Part shown: in pieces, positions 60,069 to 64,000 of the stretch
How the letters are laid out: every line of letters begins with the position of its first letter
Numbering within the stretch: the stretch's first letter is position 1
Origin: an uncultured Gemmatimonadales bacterium
Lineage (GTDB): Bacteria; Gemmatimonadota; Gemmatimonadetes; Gemmatimonadales; GWC2-71-9
Direction: 5' to 3'
DNA: 64,000 bases
NCBI GenBank assembly: GCA_963795085.1
Contig: CAWCFX010000001.1
Coordinates: 1,088,001 to 1,152,000, forward strand
Made by a program: the position numbers and the translations under genes
The notes under the pieces: generated by a model
Told to the model about the DNA's origin: nothing
What the model saw: only the letters and a program-made list of their open reading frames with translations
Database searches by the model: none

Positions 60069-63000
60069 ACCGGATCGCGACGATCAACCGGAGATACCTG
60101 ATGACCGTATCCGCGCGGGCCCTGGCGCTGGTTGTGGCGCTGGCGTGGCCGAGCGAATCGCCCGCGTTCGCCCAGGAGGGCGGCGGCAAGCCCAAGCCGC
60201 CGCTGCCGCTGGAAGCGGCGCGCAAGGCGGAGTTCACCGCCACCCACGGCACCTGGATGTCGCTGGACGTGAGCCCCGACGGCCAGACGATCGTCTTCGA
60301 TCTGCTGGGCGACCTCTACACCCTGCCCATCGCCGGCGGCCGCGCCACCCGGATCACCAGCGGAATGGCGTTCGATGCCCAGCCCCGCTTCAGTCCGGAC
60401 GGCAGGCGGATCGCCTTCGTCTCCGACCGGAGCGGCGGCGACAACCTCTGGACCATGGCGCTCGACTTCCGGGATACCACCCAGGTGAGCCAGGGCAACG
60501 GCAACCTGTACGTCTCGCCCGAGTGGTCGCCGGACGGCCGCTTCCTCATCGTCAGCAAGAGCAGCGGCCCGCTGGGCGGCGCCGCCAAGCTGGAGATGTA
60601 CCGGGTCGGCCGGCGGAGCCCCATTCCCGTGATCCGGGCTCCCCAGCCCTTCAAGACCCTGGGGGCGGCATTCAGCCCCGATGGCCGCTACATCTGGTAC
60701 GCGGGCCGCAACGGCGACTGGACCTACAATGCCAATTTCCCCCAGCTCCAGCTCTTCCGCTACGACACGGAGCGGGGCCAGTCCACGCTGATGAGCAGCC
60801 GTTATGGCTCCGGCTTCCGGCCGGCCATCTCGCCCGACGGCAAGTGGCTGGTCTACGGCACCCGGCAGGGCGCCGAGACCGGCCTTCGGATCCGCGACCT
60901 CGGCACCGGCGACGAGCGCTGGCTGGCCTACCCGGTCCAGCGGGACGACATGGAATCCCGGGCCCCGCTCGACGTGCTGCCCGGCTACAGCTTCACCCCC
61001 GACAACAAGTCGGTCGTCGTTTCGTACGGCGGCGAGATCTGGCGGGTCCCGGTGGATGGCGGTGCCGCGGTCAAGATTCCGTTCGAGGCGCCGGTCCAGG
61101 TGGATATCGGTCCCGAGGTGAAGTTCGCGTACCGCATTGATACCACCAGCAACGTCACCGCCCGGCAGATCCGGAACCCGGTCGCTTCCCCCGATGGCAG
61201 GAAGCTCGCGTTTACCGCCTTTGACCGGCTCTACATCAAGGACATGCCCGAGGGCACGCCGCGCCGGGTCAGCGAGGCCGACCTGAGCGAGCACCACCCG
61301 GCCTGGTCGCCGGACGGGCAATGGCTGGCGTACGTCACCTGGGACGACACCTCCGGCGGCCACATCATGAAGGCCAGCGCGACCGGCCGCGGTGCCCCGG
61401 TGCGGCTCACCTCGGTGCCGGCCCTGTATTACAACCTGGCCTGGTCTCTCGACGGCCAGCGGATTGTCGCCACCCGGGGCGCCGCCCGGGAAATGAAGGA
61501 AGCCGCCGGCGCCTTTTTCGGCCCGCTGGGCGGGGAGTTTGTGTGGGTGCCCGCGGCCGGCGGAACGGTGATGGTCATTGCGCCCACCGGGTCGCGCGAC
61601 GTGGCCCACTTCGCCAGTGACCAGCCGGATCGGATCTTCGCCTACAGCCCCTCGGAAGGGCTGGTATCGTTCCGCTGGGACGGCACCGACATCAAGCGCC
61701 ACCTCCGGGTGGTCGGCGCCCCCGCCGGGTCGGCGGGCGCGCTCGATCCCGATGAGCCGGAGTTCCTGCCCCGGCGGGTCGGCGCCCTGATACGGAACCT
61801 GGAGCAGCACGCCGAGCTGGAGCAGAACCCCACGCCGCCCGCGGCGGGCCTGGTGCTGATGTCGCCTGCGGGCGGGCGCGCGCTGGCCCAGGTGGGCAGT
61901 CACCTGTACGCGCTGGAGGTCGCCGAGGTGGGCGGCCCGGTACCGGTGGTCTCGGTGGCGAATCCGAACGGCGCCACGGTCCCGGTCCGGAAGCTGACCG
62001 ATGTCGGCGGCGAATTCCCGTCCTGGAGCGCCGACGGCCAGCGGATTCGCTGGTCCATCGGCAACGCGTTGCTGACCTACGACCTCTCGCGCGCCGAAGC
62101 CATTGATGACAGCGTGCTGGAAGCGGGGCGCGAACGGGTGGGCCGGGCCCTCCGGGTGCGGGCGGTGCTGGACAGCCTCAAGGCGGCGCGCGCGCTGGTG
62201 GACAGCATCAAGAAGGCGGGCCAGCTGGTGCCGGACTCGCTCAAGAGCAAGCTGAACGGCCTGATCGCCGACTCGGTGCGGTCCCACGCCGACATCCTGA
62301 CCCACCAGGCCGATTCCATCCGGGCCCGCGCGCTCGCGATCATCGCCCGGGCCGATTCCCTGCGTCTCACCGGGCCCGACTCGGCCCGGGTGGATACCAC
62401 GAGGCTCTACAACCCGAGGGAGACCCGGATCTACGTCCCCCTCGCCCGCGACGTCCCCCGCGGCGTGGTGGTGCTGCGAGGCGGACGCGTGGTCTCGATG
62501 AAGGGGATGCAGATCATCGAGAACGCCGACGTGGTGATCCGGGACAACCGGATCGTGGCGGTGGGCGTCCGGGACTCGGTGCCGATTCCCGAGGGGGCCG
62601 AGATCGTGGACGTCGCCGGAAAGACCTTGCTCCCCGGCTTCGTGGATACCCACTATCACGCCCAATGGCTGATCCCCGAGATCCATCCCCGCCAGGCGTG
62701 GCAGTATCTCACCAACCTGGCCTACGGCGTCACCACGACGCGCGATCCGCAGACCTCGTCCACCGATATCCTGAGCTACCAGGACCGGGTGGAGACCGGC
62801 GGGATGCTGGGCCCCCGCATCTTTTCCACCGGCCCCGGGGTGTTCGTGGGTGAGAACATCGCCAGCGCCGAGCAGGCGGAGAGCGTGCTGCGGCGGTACT
62901 CCGAGTACTACGACACCAAGACGCTCAAGATGTACATGACCGGCAACCGGCAGCAGCGGCAGTGGATCATCCAGGCCGCCAAGAAGCTGCAACTGATGCC

Positions 63001-63748
63001 GACCACCGAGGGCGGGCTCGATTTCAAGCTGGACCTGACCCACGCGCTGGACGGGTATCCGGGGATCGAGCATGCCTTGCCGGTGGCGCCGATGTACGAG
63101 GACGTGGTGAAGCTCTTCCGCGCGTCGCAGACTACGAACACGCCCACCCTGCTGGTCTCCTACGGCGGCCCGTTCGGGGAGAATTACTTCTACGCGAAGG
63201 AAGAGGTGCACGACAACCCCAAGCTGCGCCGCTTCGCGCCGGAGGCCAACATCGATGCCCGGAGCCGCCGCCGGGGGCCCGGCGCCGGGGGCAGCCCCGG
63301 CCAGGCCGGCTGGTTCCTGGACGAGGAGTACGTGTTCGGGAGGCACGCCGACTTTGCCCGCCGGATGATGGCGGACAGCGCCCGGGTGGCGGTGGGCAGC
63401 CACGGCCAGCTGCAGGGGCTGGGCTATCACTGGGAGCTGTGGGCGCTGGCCTCGGGCGGGATGTCGAGCCACGACGCGCTCCGGGCCGCGACCATCTTCG
63501 GCGCCGAAGCGATCGGGCTGGGCCAGGATCTCGGTTCCATCGAGCCGGGCAAGCTGGCCGATATCCTGGTCTTCGACCGGGACCCGCTGGCCGATCTTCG
63601 GAACTCGGTTGCGATTCGATATGTCATGAAGAACGGCCGGCTCTACGACGCGGAATCTCTGGACGAGGTGTGGCCTCGCAAGCGCGCGCTGGGGTCGCAG
63701 CCGTGGCAGGCATTCGGGCCGGGTGGCGTGAGCGCGGGGGTTCAGTAG
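60065..63748 (+). CDS. Secreted PD40/TolB-repeat amidohydrolase family protein 2 (tandem paralog)
   Basis: ATGA overlap with the stop of paralog 1; same architecture; PGFVDTHYH; GSIEPGKLAD. Confidence 0.92.
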   Translation: MNRIATINRRYLMTVSARALALVVALAWPSESPAFAQEGGGKPKPPLPLEAARKAEFTATHGTWMSLDVSPDGQTIVFDLLGDLYTLPIAGGRATRITSGMAFDAQPRFSPDGRRIAFVSDRSGGDNLWTMALDFRDTTQVSQGNGNLYVSPEWSPDGRFLIVSKSSGPLGGAAKLEMYRVGRRSPIPVIRAPQPFKTLGAAFSPDGRYIWYAGRNGDWTYNANFPQLQLFRYDTERGQSTLMSSRYGSGFRPAISPDGKWLVYGTRQGAETGLRIRDLGTGDERWLAYPVQRDDMESRAPLDVLPGYSFTPDNKSVVVSYGGEIWRVPVDGGAAVKIPFEAPVQVDIGPEVKFAYRIDTTSNVTARQIRNPVASPDGRKLAFTAFDRLYIKDMPEGTPRRVSEADLSEHHPAWSPDGQWLAYVTWDDTSGGHIMKASATGRGAPVRLTSVPALYYNLAWSLDGQRIVATRGAAREMKEAAGAFFGPLGGEFVWVPAAGGTVMVIAPTGSRDVAHFASDQPDRIFAYSPSEGLVSFRWDGTDIKRHLRVVGAPAGSAGALDPDEPEFLPRRVGALIRNLEQHAELEQNPTPPAAGLVLMSPAGGRALAQVGSHLYALEVAEVGGPVPVVSVANPNGATVPVRKLTDVGGEFPSWSADGQRIRWSIGNALLTYDLSRAEAIDDSVLEAGRERVGRALRVRAVLDSLKAARALVDSIKKAGQLVPDSLKSKLNGLIADSVRSHADILTHQADSIRARALAIIARADSLRLTGPDSARVDTTRLYNPRETRIYVPLARDVPRGVVVLRGGRVVSMKGMQIIENADVVIRDNRIVAVGVRDSVPIPEGAEIVDVAGKTLLPGFVDTHYHAQWLIPEIHPRQAWQYLTNLAYGVTTTRDPQTSSTDILSYQDRVETGGMLGPRIFSTGPGVFVGENIASAEQAESVLRRYSEYYDTKTLKMYMTGNRQQRQWIIQAAKKLQLMPTTEGGLDFKLDLTHALDGYPGIEHALPVAPMYEDVVKLFRASQTTNTPTLLVSYGGPFGENYFYAKEEVHDNPKLRRFAPEANIDARSRRRGPGAGGSPGQAGWFLDEEYVFGRHADFARRMMADSARVAVGSHGQLQGLGYHWELWALASGGMSSHDALRAATIFGAEAIGLGQDLGSIEPGKLADILVFDRDPLADLRNSVAIRYVMKNGRLYDAESLDEVWPRKRALGSQPWQAFGPGGVSAGVQ

Positions 63749-64000
63749 CCGCCGCGCCGCATTTCTCTCCGAGAGCGACTAACCGACTGGATGCCGGATG
63801 GATGGGGGCCCCGGTCAGGCGGTCCTGGCAAGTGCAACCGGTTCGCTGACGATTGGTATGTCGTTATACACCAATATATTATGTCGTCACATTTGAACTG
63901 ATTCGATGCCCCGATCCCCATCTGCCTCCGGGATCGCCGAAGCGATCGGGCTGGGGCAGGAGTCCCGGCAAGTCAGCCGGGGGTCTGCACTTGGCCTTGA

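Noticed and set aside
63855..63895. TATGTCGT direct repeat as a GntR-type operator
   Set aside because: Plausible, but the regulated gene lies outside the window and the palindrome is imperfect.

Overview
GC-rich bacterial chromosome window. Gene order and content suggest Gemmatimonadota (inference, not a database result). Bases 1-11,972 are a visibly lower-GC genomic island. It has a phage/ICE-type tyrosine integrase at the left and a duplicated 3' half of tRNA-Ile2(CAT) as its right att site. The island carries three things. (i) A minus-strand cluster: beta-propeller lipoprotein, DsbA, two tandem secreted 8-Cys peptides (the second is missed by the ORF track), a hairpin, a secreted 4-Cys protein and a second beta-propeller lipoprotein. 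This is my best candidate for an undescribed system. (ii) An IS3 with intact inverted repeats and target duplication. (iii) A degenerate array of integron attC sites and cassettes with no integron integrase in view. The first ~13.5 kb is full of single-base indels, probably consensus errors, so several gene models there are my reconstructions. The rest is mostly backbone: surface proteins, a GspE/PilB-REC fusion, mmsA, tRNA-Val, a heptose kinase, asparaginase II, obgE-dprA-hemW-hrcA-dnaJ-prmA-rsmE-HIT-yqeY-mutS2-dnaG-recJ-rsmD-coaD, an RsbV/W/U module, rsmA, rex (with a perfect Rex box)-arcA, a DnaQ-like exonuclease, an MBL hydrolase and two tandem PD40-amidohydrolases. It is punctuated by an IS200/RAYT-like remnant with repeats, a four-helix-bundle gene bracketed by inverted heptamer arrays, and an 18-unit octamer array.
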